A stretch of DNA of 63,386 bases, filler included, from Reclinomonas americana ATCC 50394 (GCA_048213135.1; 6 parts of 4 records of this genome joined end to end with filler, not necessarily neighbours in it); one strand, 5' to 3'; shown: positions 11,641 to 23,820, counted from the first letter of the whole stretch. The notes: a model not told the origin generated them from the sequence alone. Program-made: numbers and translations.

Positions 11641-14600
11641 ATGAGTGCAGCACAGGGCAGTGACAGGTATGTGTGTGTTTGTTTCTGGCTTTCTCTTCTC
11701 CTCTCTGACTCTCTCTGACAATTGTTGCTCGTCGACAGTCAACAACAGAGGAGACTGAGATCCTGGGAGATGGCGAGTGATGGCGATGTGAAGGCACTGC
11801 GCGAGTTGGTGGCGCGTGAGGGCGCACACGCACTGCTGAAGAAAGAGGAGATGTTTTACGGCTGCTCGGCATTTCACTCACCGCTCGTGAAGGACATCTC
11901 TCTGTGTTGGAGTACTTGTGGGAGGAGAGTGGTGTCGGGCCACAACTCGCACGAATGGTCGCCGACAATGGCTACACGCCACTGATGGTGGCTGCCGGCT
12001 ACGGGCATCTGCAAGTGGTGGAGTGGTTGCTGGCCGATGAGCGACGATGTCCGCCGGAGATGGTGCGGGCGGTCGACAGCAATCAGGAGACTGCACTGCA
12101 TGATGCTGCCTATAACGGCCACGAGGCCATTGTGCGACTCCTCGCCACTCGCTTCCCCGATCTCATTCCCATGCTCAGGAAGGATGGCAAGACCGCAGCT
12201 GATAGGGCACGTGACAAGGGCAAGCAACAAGTGGCCGAGTTGCTCGACCGCCTCGCTGCGGAGCAACGAGCACCCCCACCACGCCAACAACCCCCACAAC
12301 CTCCCTCTCCGCCTCCACCACCACAGCCACCAGCAGGTGAGAACTCATTTTCGTGTTGCATACACTCCTCCTTGCATCTTTCTCTGCTTGTGTTCACCCT
12401 GCAGAAAAACACGCAGAGCCAGCACGCCCACAACAACGACAGCCACAAATCTCCCTTCCCTCTTCACCACCACCACCACGAGCAGCAGGTGAGATCTCCG
12501 TGTCGTCTTGTGCAGATGGCTGATTGGTTTTCTTTGCCACTCACACTCCTCCATGCGTGTTTCTTTGTTTGCGAGAACACGCAGTCCCGCCACGCCAGGT
12601 GAGAGACTGTTTTATTATGCTTCTGGTCCACTTGTTCCTCATCATACTTGCGTTTGGTGACTGTTCGCTTTCTCATTCTGCTTCTGCGCAGGCAACTGAA
12701 GACACCGCCGTGATGGCACGCCAGCTTGCCGACAGAGACGCACTCATCGCCCACCTCCAGCGCGATCTCGCCGCGTCACAGCGGGAGCGACAGCAGCAGC
12801 AGCGAGAATGGGATCGACGGCGACGAGAGCACGAAGATATCGTGACCCAACTGCAGCAAGCAAGCGCTGAGTTGCAAGAGGCGCATGCCAAAGATCAGCA
12901 ACAAGTTGCACAGCTTCGCGTTGAGGTGGAGCGACGGAACGCTACCATTGCGCAACTGCAACAAGCGAACGGACAGTTGCAGCAATCTGATGCGCAGAGT
13001 CGGCAGCAAGTCGCGCAACTGCAGCGAGCCCATGCAGAATGGCAGCAAGCTCAAGCTCAGCTGGAATCCCAGCTGACTGTGGCATTGCGTGACAAGGACG
13101 AGTTTGCTGCTCAGCTGACCACAGTGCAGCAGCAACTGGAAGAGAAAGACCGACTTGTTTCGCAGCTTCGACAGGAGCTCCTCCTCGCCCAAGGTCTTTG
13201 CATCTATCTCTTGTTGTCCTCGTGCTTCTCCAACCATTCATTTGTTCTCCATCTATCCCTTCCGTCTCATTCCACAGTCGACACTGCCGTGCAGCGCTTC
13301 GAGTGGCCGGAGATTGTGCACTCCACTGACTCATTCTCCCCACGCCTCAAAGTGGGCGAGGGTGGCCAGGGAGCCGTCTTCATCACCCTGCTTCGCGAGA
13401 TGCATGTGGCCATCAAGGTGCTCGATCCCGATGCACCGTGGACGATGGAGTCGTTTGAGAGTGAGGTCTGTCTGTCCTTCTCTCCTTTTCATTCCCTCTC
13501 TCTTTCTCCTCATTCTTCTCTCCTTTTCTCGCAAGGTGGCCACTCTCGGACGCCTGCGCAATCGCCGCATTGTGCCTCTTGTCGGTTATTCGGTGGGCGA
13601 CGACAAGGCTCGCTGTCTCGTGTACAAGGCCCTGCAGTGCGTGTTCCATCTCTCCACTCCTCCCTTCCTCCATCGTCGTCTCACTGTGAAACGCACACAG
13701 AGTTCCCAACCTGGAGGATCTATTGCTGCTTCGCACCAGTCGTGCACCACTGTCTGTCGTGCAACGAGTGCAGATTGGTCTCGGATTGGCTGAGGCTGTA
13801 GCGTTCTTGCACAAGGTGTGTGTTCGATAAAGATGGCAGTCTTTGTTCTCACCAGTCGTCTCGCCTTCTGTTTCGCACTCTTTTTCTCTTTGCTGCAGTG
13901 TTCTATCTCTTTTGTAATCTCAATCTCCCGTGACCCCTACCGTGTTCTGTCTCTTCCGTTCCCTTCTGATATGTATGGAAGGCGTCATTCCCTCTCTTTT
14001 TCTGTCTTGCGGTTCTTTATCGCTTTTTGTGTCTCAGTCTTACGTGACCCCTACGGTTTCCTGCTGTGTTCTGTCTCTTCTGGTCCCTTCCGATATGTAT
14101 GCAAGTCGTCATTCCTTCTGTTTCGCACTCTCCCTCTCTATGCTGCAGTTTTGAATATCTTTTGTTCTCAGTCTCCCGCATCTCTCTGCTTCCTCCTATG
14201 TACTGTCCTCTTTTTTCCTTGTGATATTTATACATGTACTGTGCCTCTCATTTCCTCACTCCCTCGCAGAATGAGGTGGTCCATCGCGACATCAAACCCG
14301 CCAATGTGCTCCTCGATCACCGTTTCGAGCCGTGCCTCGGTGACTTTGGGATTGCGAGGTCGATTGCCGGCGGCAAGGTTTGTTGCCTTGCATCCGTTCT
14401 CTCTGTCGTGATCTCTCACTTTTTCCTTGTGCAGTCAACCGCTGTTGCCGGTACGCCTGACTACTTGGATCCACTGGCCCTCCGCGCCCGGCGTCCACTG
14501 CCCAAGCACGATGTGTACAGCATGGGCGTGGTGCTGGTGCAGCTGGTCACTGGCAAACCCGTGGTGACGGTAGGCGAGTGGTCTCTGGAGTGGGACGACT

Positions 14601-14796
14601 CGCCCGACTCATTGCGCGTCATGGAGCTCGTGGACAGCAGCGAGGGAGTGGTGTGGACACCGCGCATCGCGGAAGCCATGTTTGCCATTGCATGCGATGC
14701 ATGAGTCTGAGACGTGATCGACCGACGGCACAGGAGGTGCTCGAGGTTATGCGGGCGGTGCGTGAGGCGTGTGGCAACTTTACGCTGGAACTCTAA
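11641..14796 (+). pseudogene. ANK-CC-kinase copy 2 with two apparent 1-nt frameshifts
   Basis: Highly similar to copy 1. Frameshift at ~11880 in the ankyrin exon (tttcactcaccgct vs ttttactttgccgct) and at ~14690 in the kinase C-lobe (gccattgcatg vs gtcattggcatg). The second could be a sequencing error. Confidence 0.72.
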
Positions 14797-15125
14797 GTGA
14801 AAGCAAGCTTGCAAAGAAGGAGAGGGAGGGGGTTAGAGCTCAGCATTGAGAGTGTCGAGTGTATCATCAGTGTGAGAGACGAACGGGTGTGGAAATGTGA
14901 GACGAAAATGATGGGAGATGTGCGAAAGTCAGTAAGTGAGTTGGATTCAGTGAGGAAATGAGTGTGTGAGAGAGTGAAAGAGCGAGAGTGACTCTTGCAC
15001 TGATTGATTGATCGATCAGAATGCATGAGAGTTGTCGCTGAATCACTCTCTCTCTCTCTCTCTCTCTTACTCCGTGTGTATGTATGTGTGTATGTTTGTT
15101 TGTGTGTGTAAGAGTGACACAGCAC

Positions 15126-15188
15126 TCTGTACACATATCCATAAGTTCCCTCTCCGAGAAGGATCTTGCTCTTGATGTATCTCTCCAT
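15126..15188 (-). pseudogene. Orphan first exon of a CDK/CMGC-like kinase (MERYIKSKILLGEGTYGYVYR), head-to-head with ANK copy 3
   Basis: 63-nt ATG-initiated exon ending at a GT donor; GEGTYG Gly-loop typical of CDKs; no catalytic exons follow. Confidence 0.6.
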
Positions 15189-15392
15189 TGCTTCGTTGTT
15201 GTGGAGAGAGAGAGAGAGAGCACAGACAGAGAGGCACACTCTCTCACGCGGGTGTGCGTCTGTCTCTCGCTCACTCAGTGGCGCGTGTGACTGAGAGATA
15301 TCTAGATGTCCTGTGCGTGTCATGAATCGCGAGTTGTGAGCTTCATAAACACGAACGCACGCACTCTCGCACACAGACACAGAGAGAGAGAG

Positions 15393-18300
15393 ATGGGTGC
15401 AGCACAGGGCAGTGACAGGTGTGTGTGGCTCTCCCTTCTCCTCTCTGACTCTCTCTGACAATTGTTGCTCGTTGGGCAGTCAACAACAGAGGAGGAAAGC
15501 ATGTGAGATGGGAAGGGATGGCGATGTGAAGGCACTGCGCGAGTTGGTGGCGCGTGAGGGCGCACAGACACTGTTGAAGAGAGAGGAGATGAATGGTTGC
15601 AGCTCGGCATTTTACTATGCCGCTTGGTGTGGCCATCTCTCTGTGTTGGAGTATCTGTGGGAGGAGAGTGGCGTCGGGCCACAACTCGCACAAATAGTCG
15701 CCGACGGTGGCTGGACGCCACTGATGGGGGCTGCCTCCCATGGGCAACTGCAAGTGGTGGAGTGGTTGCTGGCCGATGAGCGACGATGTCCGCCGGAGAT
15801 GGTGCGGGCGGTCGACATTGATCAGTTTACTGCGCTGCATATTGCTGCCGCGAATGGTCGCGAAGCCATTGTGCGACTCCTCGCCACGCGCTTTCCCGAC
15901 CTCATTCCCATGGTCAACAAGGAGGGCAAGACAGCGGCTCAGAGGGCACGCGACCAGGGCAAGCGACAAGTTGCCGAGTTGCTCGACCGTCTTGCTGCGG
16001 AGCAACGAGCACCTCCACCACGCCAACAACAACCACAACCTACCTCTCCGCCTCCACCACCACAGCCACCAGCAGGTGAGATCTCATTTCTTCTGGCACA
16101 CACTCCTTGCGTCTTTCTTTGTTTGTGTTCACCCTGCGAAAACAAGCAGAGCCTGCACGCCCACAACAACGACAGCCACAAATATCCCATCTCTCTTCAT
16201 CACCACCACCACCACGAGCAGCTGGTGAGATGTCAATGTCGTCTTGAACAGACGATTGATTGGTGTTCTTCGCCACTCACACTCCTCCATTCGTGTTTCT
16301 TTGTTTGTAATGTCTTGCAAAAACACGCAGTTCCGCCGCGCCAGGTGAGAGACTGTGCCATCTCGCTTGTGCTTTCGCATTGTTCATCATGTTTGCGCTC
16401 TGCATCTGCGCAGGTGATTGACGACGCCGCCGACAAGGACACACTCATCACACAACTCCAGCGCGATCTCGCCGCCGCACAGCAGGAGCGACAACAGCAG
16501 CACCAAGAGTGGGATCGATGGCGACGAGAGCACGAAGATATCGTGGCTCAACTGCAGCAAGCCAACGCTGAGCTGCGTGAGGCGCATGCCAAAGATCAGC
16601 GACAAGTTGCACAGCTGCGCGTTGCACCATTGCGCAACTGCAGCAAGCGAACGGACAGTTGCAGCAATCTGATGCGCAGAGTCGGCAGCAACTGCAGCGA
16701 GCCCATGCAGAATGGCATCAAGCTCAAGCTCAGCTGGAATCCCAGCTGACTGTGGCATTGCGTGACAAGGACGAGTTTGCTGCTCAGCTGATTATCGTGC
16801 AGCAGCAACTGGAAGAGAAAGACCGACTTGTGTCGCAGCTCCGACAGGAGCTCCTCCTCGCCCAAGGTCTTTGCATCTCTCTTGTTGTCCTCGTGCTTCT
16901 CCAACCATGCATTTTTTCTCCATCTTTCCCACCACCTCATGCCACAGTCGACACTTCCGTGCAGCGCTTCGAGTGGCCGGAGATTGTGCACGCTACCGAC
17001 TCATTCTCTCCCCGCCTCAAGGTCGGCGAAGGTGGCCAGGGCGCCGTGTTCATCACTCTGCTTCGTGAGATGCATGTGGCCATCAAGGTGCTCGATCCAG
17101 AGGCACCGTGGACGATGGAGTCATTCGAGAGTGAGGTCTGTCTGTCCTTCTCTCCTTTATTCCCTGTCTTTCTCCTCATCCTTCTCTCCGTTTCTCACAA
17201 GGTGGCCACTCTCGGACGTCTGCGTGACCGTCGCATTGTGCCTCTTGTCGGCTACTCTGTGGGCGACGACAAGGCTCGCTGTCTCGTGTACAAGGCCCTG
17301 CAGTGCGTGCCCCGCACCTCTCTCTCTTTTTCTCCATCGTCGTCTCAGTGTGAACGCGCGCAGAGTTCCAAACTTGGAGGACCTCCTGCTGCTTCGTACA
17401 GGTCGCGCACCACTCTCTGTCTTGCAACGAGTGCAGATTGGTCTCGGATTGGCCGAGGCTGTGGCTTTCTTGCACAAGGTGTGTGTTCGATAAAGATGGC
17501 AGTCTTTGTTTCTCACCAATCGTCGTGCCTTCTGTTTCGCACTCTCTTTCTTTCTCTATGCTGCAGTTTCATATCTCTTTTGTTTTATCTCAGTCTCTCG
17601 TGACCCCTACGGTTTACTGCTGTGTTCTGTCTCTTCCGTACCCTTGTGATATGTATGCAAGTCGTCATTCTTCTGTTTCGCTTTCTTTTTCTCTATGCTG
17701 CACTTTTGTATATCTTTTGTTGCCTCAGTCTTCCGTGACCCCTACCGTGTTCTGTCTCTTCCGTTCCCTTCCGATACTCATGCACGACGTCATTCCTTCT
17801 GCTTCGCACTCTCTTTCTCTATGCTGCAGTTTCATATCTCTTTTGTTATCTCTGTCTCTCGTGACTGCTACGGTATCCTGCTGTGTTCTGTCTTTTCCGT
17901 TCCCTTGTGATATGCATGCAAGTCGCCATTCCTTCTGTTTTGCACTTTCTTTCTCTATGCTGCAGTTTTGTTCTCAGTCTCCCGCTTCTCCCTGTTTCCT
18001 CCTATGTACTGTCCTCTTTTTCTCTTCTGATTTGTATGCATGTACTGTGCCTCTCATTTCACCACTCCCTCGCAGAATGAGGTGGTGCACCGCGACATCA
18101 AACCCGCCAATGTGCTCCTCGATCACCGTTTCGAGCCGTGTCTCGGTGACTTTGGCATTGCGCGGTCGATTGCCGGTGGCAAGGTGCACTTCTCTCCTAT
18201 CTCGTCTTCCTAGATCTCTCCTTTCGATCTCTTACCTGCACAAGACAACCCCCGCCGCTGGCACACCCGACTACTTGGATCCGCTGGCCCTCCGCGCCCG

Positions 18301-18607
18301 GCGTCCACTGCCCAAGCACGATGTGTACAGCATGGGCGTGGTGTTGGTGCAGTTGGTCACGGGCAAGCCGGTGGTGACGGTGGGCGAGTGGTCGCTGGAG
18401 TGGGACGACTCGCCAGCCTCGTTGCGCGTCATGGAGCTGGTGGACAGCAGTGAGGGAGTGGAGTGGACACCGCGCATCGCTGAAGCCATGTTCGCTATCG
18501 GCATGCGATGCATGAGTCTGCGACGTGATCGGCCGACGGCACAGGAGGTGCTCGAGGTGATGCGGGCGGTGCGCGAGGCGTGTGGCAACTTTACGCTGGA
18601 ACTCTAA
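15393..18607 (+). pseudogene. ANK-CC-kinase copy 3; net 19-nt deletion in the coiled-coil exon disconnects the kinase (predicted ANK-CC truncation, stop at 16749)
   Basis: cgcgttg-c-accattgcg at ~16624 vs cgcgttg-aggtggagcgacgggacgct-accattgcg in copy 1; ankyrin and kinase exons are otherwise open. Confidence 0.75.
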
Positions 18608-18895
18608 GTGAAAGCAAGCTTGCAAAAAGAAGGAGGGGGTGGAGGAGAGAGCTCAGCATTGAGAGTGTCGAGTGTATCATCAGTGTGAGAGACGAACGGG
18701 GTGTGTAAATGCGATACGAAAAGGATGGGAAATGTGCGAAAGCCAGTAAGTGAGTTGGATTCAGTGAGGGAATGAGTGCGTGTGAGAGAGAAAGAGAGAG
18801 AGTGACTCTTGCGCTAATTGATAGATCACAGAATGCATGCGAGTTGTCTCTGAATCTCTCTCTCTCTCTCTGTGTGTGAGTGTGAGTGAAAGCAC

Positions 18896-18958
18896 CCTGT
18901 ACACATATCCATAGGTTCCCTCGCCGAGAAAGATCTTGCTCTTGATGTATCTCTCCAT
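18896..18958 (-). pseudogene. Second orphan CDK-like first exon (MERYIKSKIFLGEGTYGYVYR), head-to-head with ANK copy 4
   Basis: Near-identical to 15126-15188; a degenerate third copy lies at ~11365-11421. Confidence 0.6.
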
Positions 18959-19149
18959 TTCTTCGTTGTTGCAGAGAGAGAGAGAGAGAGAGCACAGACA
19001 GAGAAACACACACTCTCTCTCTTATGCGAGTGTGCGTCTGTGTCTCGCTCACTCTGTGTCGCGTGTGACTGAGAGATGTCCTGTGCGTGTCATGAATCGC
19101 ATTGCATTCACAAACGCACGAACGCACACAGACAGAGCTGCAAAGAGAG

Positions 19150-20179
19150 ATGGGTGCAACACAGGGCAGTGACAGGTGTGTGTGTGTGTCTTTGTTTCTG
19201 GCTTTATCGTCTCCTCTCTGACGTTGTTACTCGTTGGGCAGCCAACAACAGAGGAAGGAAGCATGGGAGATGGCGAAGGATGGCGATGTGAAGGCATTGC
19301 GCGAGTTGGTGGCGAGTGAGGGCGCGGAGACGCTGCTGAAGAGAGAGGAGATGTATGATGGTGGTTGGTCGGCATTTTACTATGCCGCTCAGCAAGGCCA
19401 TCTCTCTGTGTTGGAGTATCTGTGGGAGGAGAGTGGTATCGGGCCACAACTCGCACAAATGGTCGACGACGTTGGTTGGACGCCACTGATGTCGGCTGCC
19501 TACCATGGGCAACTGCATGTGGTGGAGTGGCTGCTTGCCGATGACCGACGATGTCCGCCGGAGATGGTGCGGGTGGTCGACAAAGGAGACCAGTGGACTG
19601 CGCTGAACTGCGCTGCTGTGAATGGTCACGAAGCCATTGTGCAACTCCTCGCCACGCGCTTTCCCGACCTCATTCCCATGGTCAACGAGGATGGCAAGAC
19701 CGCGGCTGATAGGGCACGCGACAGAAGCAAGCAGCAAGTGGCCGAGTTGCTCGACCGCCTCGCTGCGGAGCAACGAGCACCTCCACCACGCCAACAACCC
19801 CCACAACCTCCCTCTCCGCCTCCACCACCACAGCCACCAGCAGGTAAGATCTCATTTTCGTGTTGCTGCACACTCCGCCTTGCGTGTTTCTCTGCTTGTG
19901 TTCACCCTGCAAAATATACGCAGAGCCAGCACGCACACAGCAGCAACAGCCACCAATCTCCCCTCCCTCTTCACCACCACCACAAGCAGCAGGTGAGATT
20001 TCATATTTGTCTTGTGCAGATGGTTGATGTGTGCTTTTCTCCTCTCTCACACTCTCCTCGATGTTTGCTTCGCTTACTTTTCGTCTTGCAGAAAATACAT
20101 CGCCATCACGCCAGGTGAGACACAGTGTCGTCTCGCTTGCGCATGTTTGCTTCTCATCGTGCGTGTTCTCTGACTCCCA

Positions 20180-20210
<31 letters not shown>

Positions 20211-22995
20211 TGCTCTGCGCAGGTGATTGACGATGCCACCGACAAGGACGCACTCATCACCGAACTCCAGCGCGATCTCGCCGCGGCACAGCAGGAGCGA
20301 CAGCAGCAGCAGCGAGAATGGGATCGGCAACGACGAGAGCTCGAAGATATCGTGGCTCAACTACAGCGAACCAATGCTGAGCAGAGTCACACCTTAGCTG
20401 AACAGCAACAACGAATCGATGAACTGCAGCAAGCTCAAGCTAAGAGCCAGCAACAAGTCACGGAGCTGCAGACCAACCTCACCGCTGAACGGCACAGGGT
20501 GCGCAACATGGAAGGCCAACTTAGCGCACTCTTCAACATGGACTTTCTCAGGTTTCTTCGTGACTCATTCTCCCTGTTTTGTTCTTGTCGTGAGTCATCT
20601 CACTCTTGGCTGCACAGTGACCGCCGTCCAATCTTGATGCTCACGGAAGTCGTGCACGAGATTATTCCCCTGGCACTCGGCTCGTTGCTGCAACAACTCA
20701 TCGCGGACTTCTTCCCTGCCGAGTTCGACATTGAGCAATTTTGCCTTCCAGCTCCATCATCGAGGTGCTGAGGGAGGGACAGTCTTGTATGTGTTGTATC
20801 TTCTGCGCTCATGCTGCCTAACAGATATTGCCGAATGACTCTGGACAGGCGCGGCAACATTCGCATGCGCTCCGTCGAGCTATTCTCGTCCAACTACGAG
20901 ACAATTCGAGAGTTCAAGCGGAGTGGAGTGACCACGGGCATGGATGTGTCGCTGTTGTGCACGCTGCTGTTGTACACAACTTTCGTTCCCGTTGCTGCTT
21001 GCCGTGATGCGGATCTACGGAAGGGTTCTGTCCGTCTCGATCCTGTTACAAACGAAGACCGTGTGGCTGTGCGAATGCTCGCTGACCCCGCCAAGGTGTG
21101 CTCTCTGCTTGTGCCATCATAACTGACGAGTGTTCTCAAGGCCAGTGTGCTTTGCAGATTCGAGCCGTGGAGAACTTGCGAGACGTGCGCCATCGTGTGT
21201 CTCACCTGGCCCGTCTCTCTGCACTCGAAGACGCAGAGTATGTGAGCGTTATGCGGCTGGTTCGCGACTCGCTCCACACGCTGTTCCCCGACGGGCAGCA
21301 CGAGAGCATTCGTCTTCTGTTCCAAGCATACGAGAGTTACGGCTGCAGCATGGCCATTATGTGTCCTCATTCTCTCATCTACACTCCGTCGGCACAGATG
21401 TGTGTCGCATCAATGTGACGGCCGAGCTGGTGACGGAGAGAGCAGCCAGATTCGCTATTCGCGCCCCAGTTGTGTCGTTCTCTGACTTGACGACCTCGAG
21501 ACAACTTGACGGCGGTGTGATTATCTGTGTATGCCTGCATCTGCATGAACAATCAGAAGCTCATCGTGTCCGTTTTCCATCGCAGGTCAAAATGCTGTCT
21601 TCCATGCCTCTCTCCGCCTCGGCGGTGTGTCACAGACCGTGGCTTACAAGCGATACTTGGTCAGGAGGCAAGCTCGAGATGCACAATCGGCGGACTGGAG
21701 ACGCGTTCATGCGTGCTTCGAGAACGAACACTCTCTGCTGATGCAACTCGAGTTGCGTGCTTGGCGATGATCGCTGCACTTGCATGCTGACCGTCGTCGC
21801 TCATGCGCCTGCACACAGTCACCCGCACATTGTGAAACTGATGGCCGTGTGCAACGACGACCCGAGTGGTCTTGGTCTCGTGCTCGAATATGTCGGTGGC
21901 GAGGAGGGCATTGCCGAGACGCTGCACGACCTGGTGAAGGACGAGCATATGGCGACTACGCACCTGCTCAATTTGCTTGTACAGGTCGCGTCGGCGGTGG
22001 TGCACATGCACTCGCGACGAGTGGTACATCGTGATCTCAAGCCGCAGAGTTGCGTCTTGGAGAGCGCAATGGGAGAGAACGAGACTGCAAGAGAAGAGGA
22101 TTACGAGATGCTGACGCAAGAGAAGATGAGAGGAAGAGGGAGAGAAAGCAGGCGAGTGAGGTCAGTCTGCTCGTGCAAGTACCATCACCGGTGGTGCGCA
22201 CTCGCGTCGAGTGCTGCATCGTGATCTCAAGCCACAGAAATTCGTTTTGGAGCGGGTTATGCGAGAATGCAAGACTACAAGAGAGAAGGGCTATGGCACG
22301 TTGATGGAAGAGAGTGGATGTGTGAGAGAGAGAGGGCAGTGGAACCTCTTCCAGGTCAATGTGCTTCTTTATCTGCTGACCCGTTTCTCTCTCTGCATGG
22401 TCACAGACATACTCATCAGCGAGGACCGACTCGTGGCCAAGGTGTGCGACTTTGGAGAGGCCAAGATTCACGGCACTCTTGGCAAGATGCAATCGAACCA
22501 CGGCACGGCAGCGTATGCTGCGCCGGAGGCCATGTTGGATCAGGAGGTGAATTGGTGACATTCTCATCTCTTGCTGAGCAGCTGTGAGAGTGGTGTTCAC
22601 ACATGCTTCGTTCACCACTCGCAGTACGATGAAAGGGCGGATGTGTATGGACTTGGCTCGCTGCTCTGGTTCATCGCCACTCGTCAGGAACCGTTCAGCG
22701 GAGTGTCGTTGCCTGTTATCATGCGCCACATGCATGACGGCATTCCACCCGCCGATCTTGAGGATGAGGGTGTGCGGGCTGCCGTGCTGGAGGACGTTCG
22801 CAATCTGATTCGGCAGTGCTGGGTTGCGTTCTGGTCAAGTAGATCGTGTTGCTGGAAGAGGTGTACGCTTATTGCGCGTGTGTGATGCAGAGGCCACAAG
22901 CAACCCGCGTGTCGGCAGCGTATGTACTGGACGAGCTGAGGCGCTTAAGCGAGGCTGCAGAGGGAGGAGCAGGACCGGCTGGGCCTTCACAGTGA
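19150..22995 (+). CDS. ANK-CC-HEPN-kinase copy 4: ankyrin repeats, coiled coil, putative DZIP3-like HEPN domain, TKL-like kinase; apparently intact
   Basis: Phase-compatible GT-AG model from MGATQGSD to ...GPAGPSQ*. HEPN-like MDVSLLCTLL ... ENLRDVRHRVSH (RxxxxH at 21188-21205). Kinase motifs VAYK, HPHIVKL, HRDLKPQNIL, VCDFG, GTAAYAAPE, DVYGLGSLLW. Confidence 0.8.
22160..22330 (+). repeat. Degenerate local duplicate of the HRDLKPQ exon end and adjacent intron, lying inside an intron of copy 4
   Basis: catcgtgatctcaagccacaga at ~22217 repeats catcgtgatctcaagccgcaga at ~22027, and the flanks align; the donor GT is lost in the duplicate. Confidence 0.75.
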
Positions 22996-23040
22996 GCAGG
23001 AGAGTTATGATCTGTTGGGATCATTACAAGCACTGCAAGT

Positions 23041-23245
23041 AGATGCATGTGTGGGTCGTATGCTGCCTGCTCCTGTGTCTGTGGTACGTGTGCGGCTGAT
23101 GAAGACTTTTCTCATCTTCCCACTGACTCACTCTTTTGTTGATCCGCAGGTGCGTGGATCATCGAAACGCTCGTCGTCCCATCGCCGAGCAGATGGCGAA
23201 CGAGCTGCGCGACCTGGCGGCGATGTCGGTGCGACGGTGTTCGAG
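23041..23245 (+). pseudogene. Stranded remnant of the copy-5-type kinase C-terminal/RING exon
   Basis: RCVDHRNARRPIAEQMANELRDLAAMSVRR matches copy 5 RCVDQRDARRPTAEQLANELRDLAALSARR; upstream gatgcatgtgtgggtcgtatgctgcctgctcc matches the copy 5 DARVGRVWPAP coding sequence; the RING is absent. Confidence 0.8.
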
Positions 23246-23351
23246 ACACGTGCGGACATCAAGTGCTGGGAGGAAGCAGAGAATGCACCATACGAGCGAG
23301 ATGGGGCAGTGCTATCAACATTTATGAAAGCACTGCTATATTTCCCCTTTC

Positions 23352-23820
23352 TCACTGCCCCGCCGCCGCCCCCACAGCCACCCACGTCACATACGTCTCC
23401 TCCACTCCCGCTCCACTCGCCACCACAATATCCAGCTGCCCAAACGACCCTACCGCCGCCGACCCGCGCGACGGCGTACCACTCTGATGCAACACCGACG
23501 GCGAGACGGCGCCCACAGCCGCGACACTCGACGTCTTCCACCCATGCAAAAACACCGCGTACTTGAAATCGCTCTGCAGCAACCCGAACGGCGCCTTGTC
23601 GTTGACCATCAGCGAAACAATCACGTGTTGCCCGGCCGCATGAGAGGTTTCGCCCGAGAGCAACGCCAGGCCAGAGCGGTTGTCCGTCGGCGAGCCGGCC
23701 ACCAGATACCGCGCCGTCATGAACTGCACGCGGCAGTCGTCGCGCACCGTCATGCGCAGCTCGGAACTGGAAATCGACTCTGCGTGGCTATGGAGATGTC
23801 GAAAACATCCTGAGCGACGC
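23352..23820 (-). CDS. Unassigned coding-looking exon, possibly the terminal exon of the RRM gene
   Basis: GC-rich open frame of >130 codons ending TGA at 23352, same strand as and downstream of the RRM exons; no recognisable domain. Confidence 0.35.
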
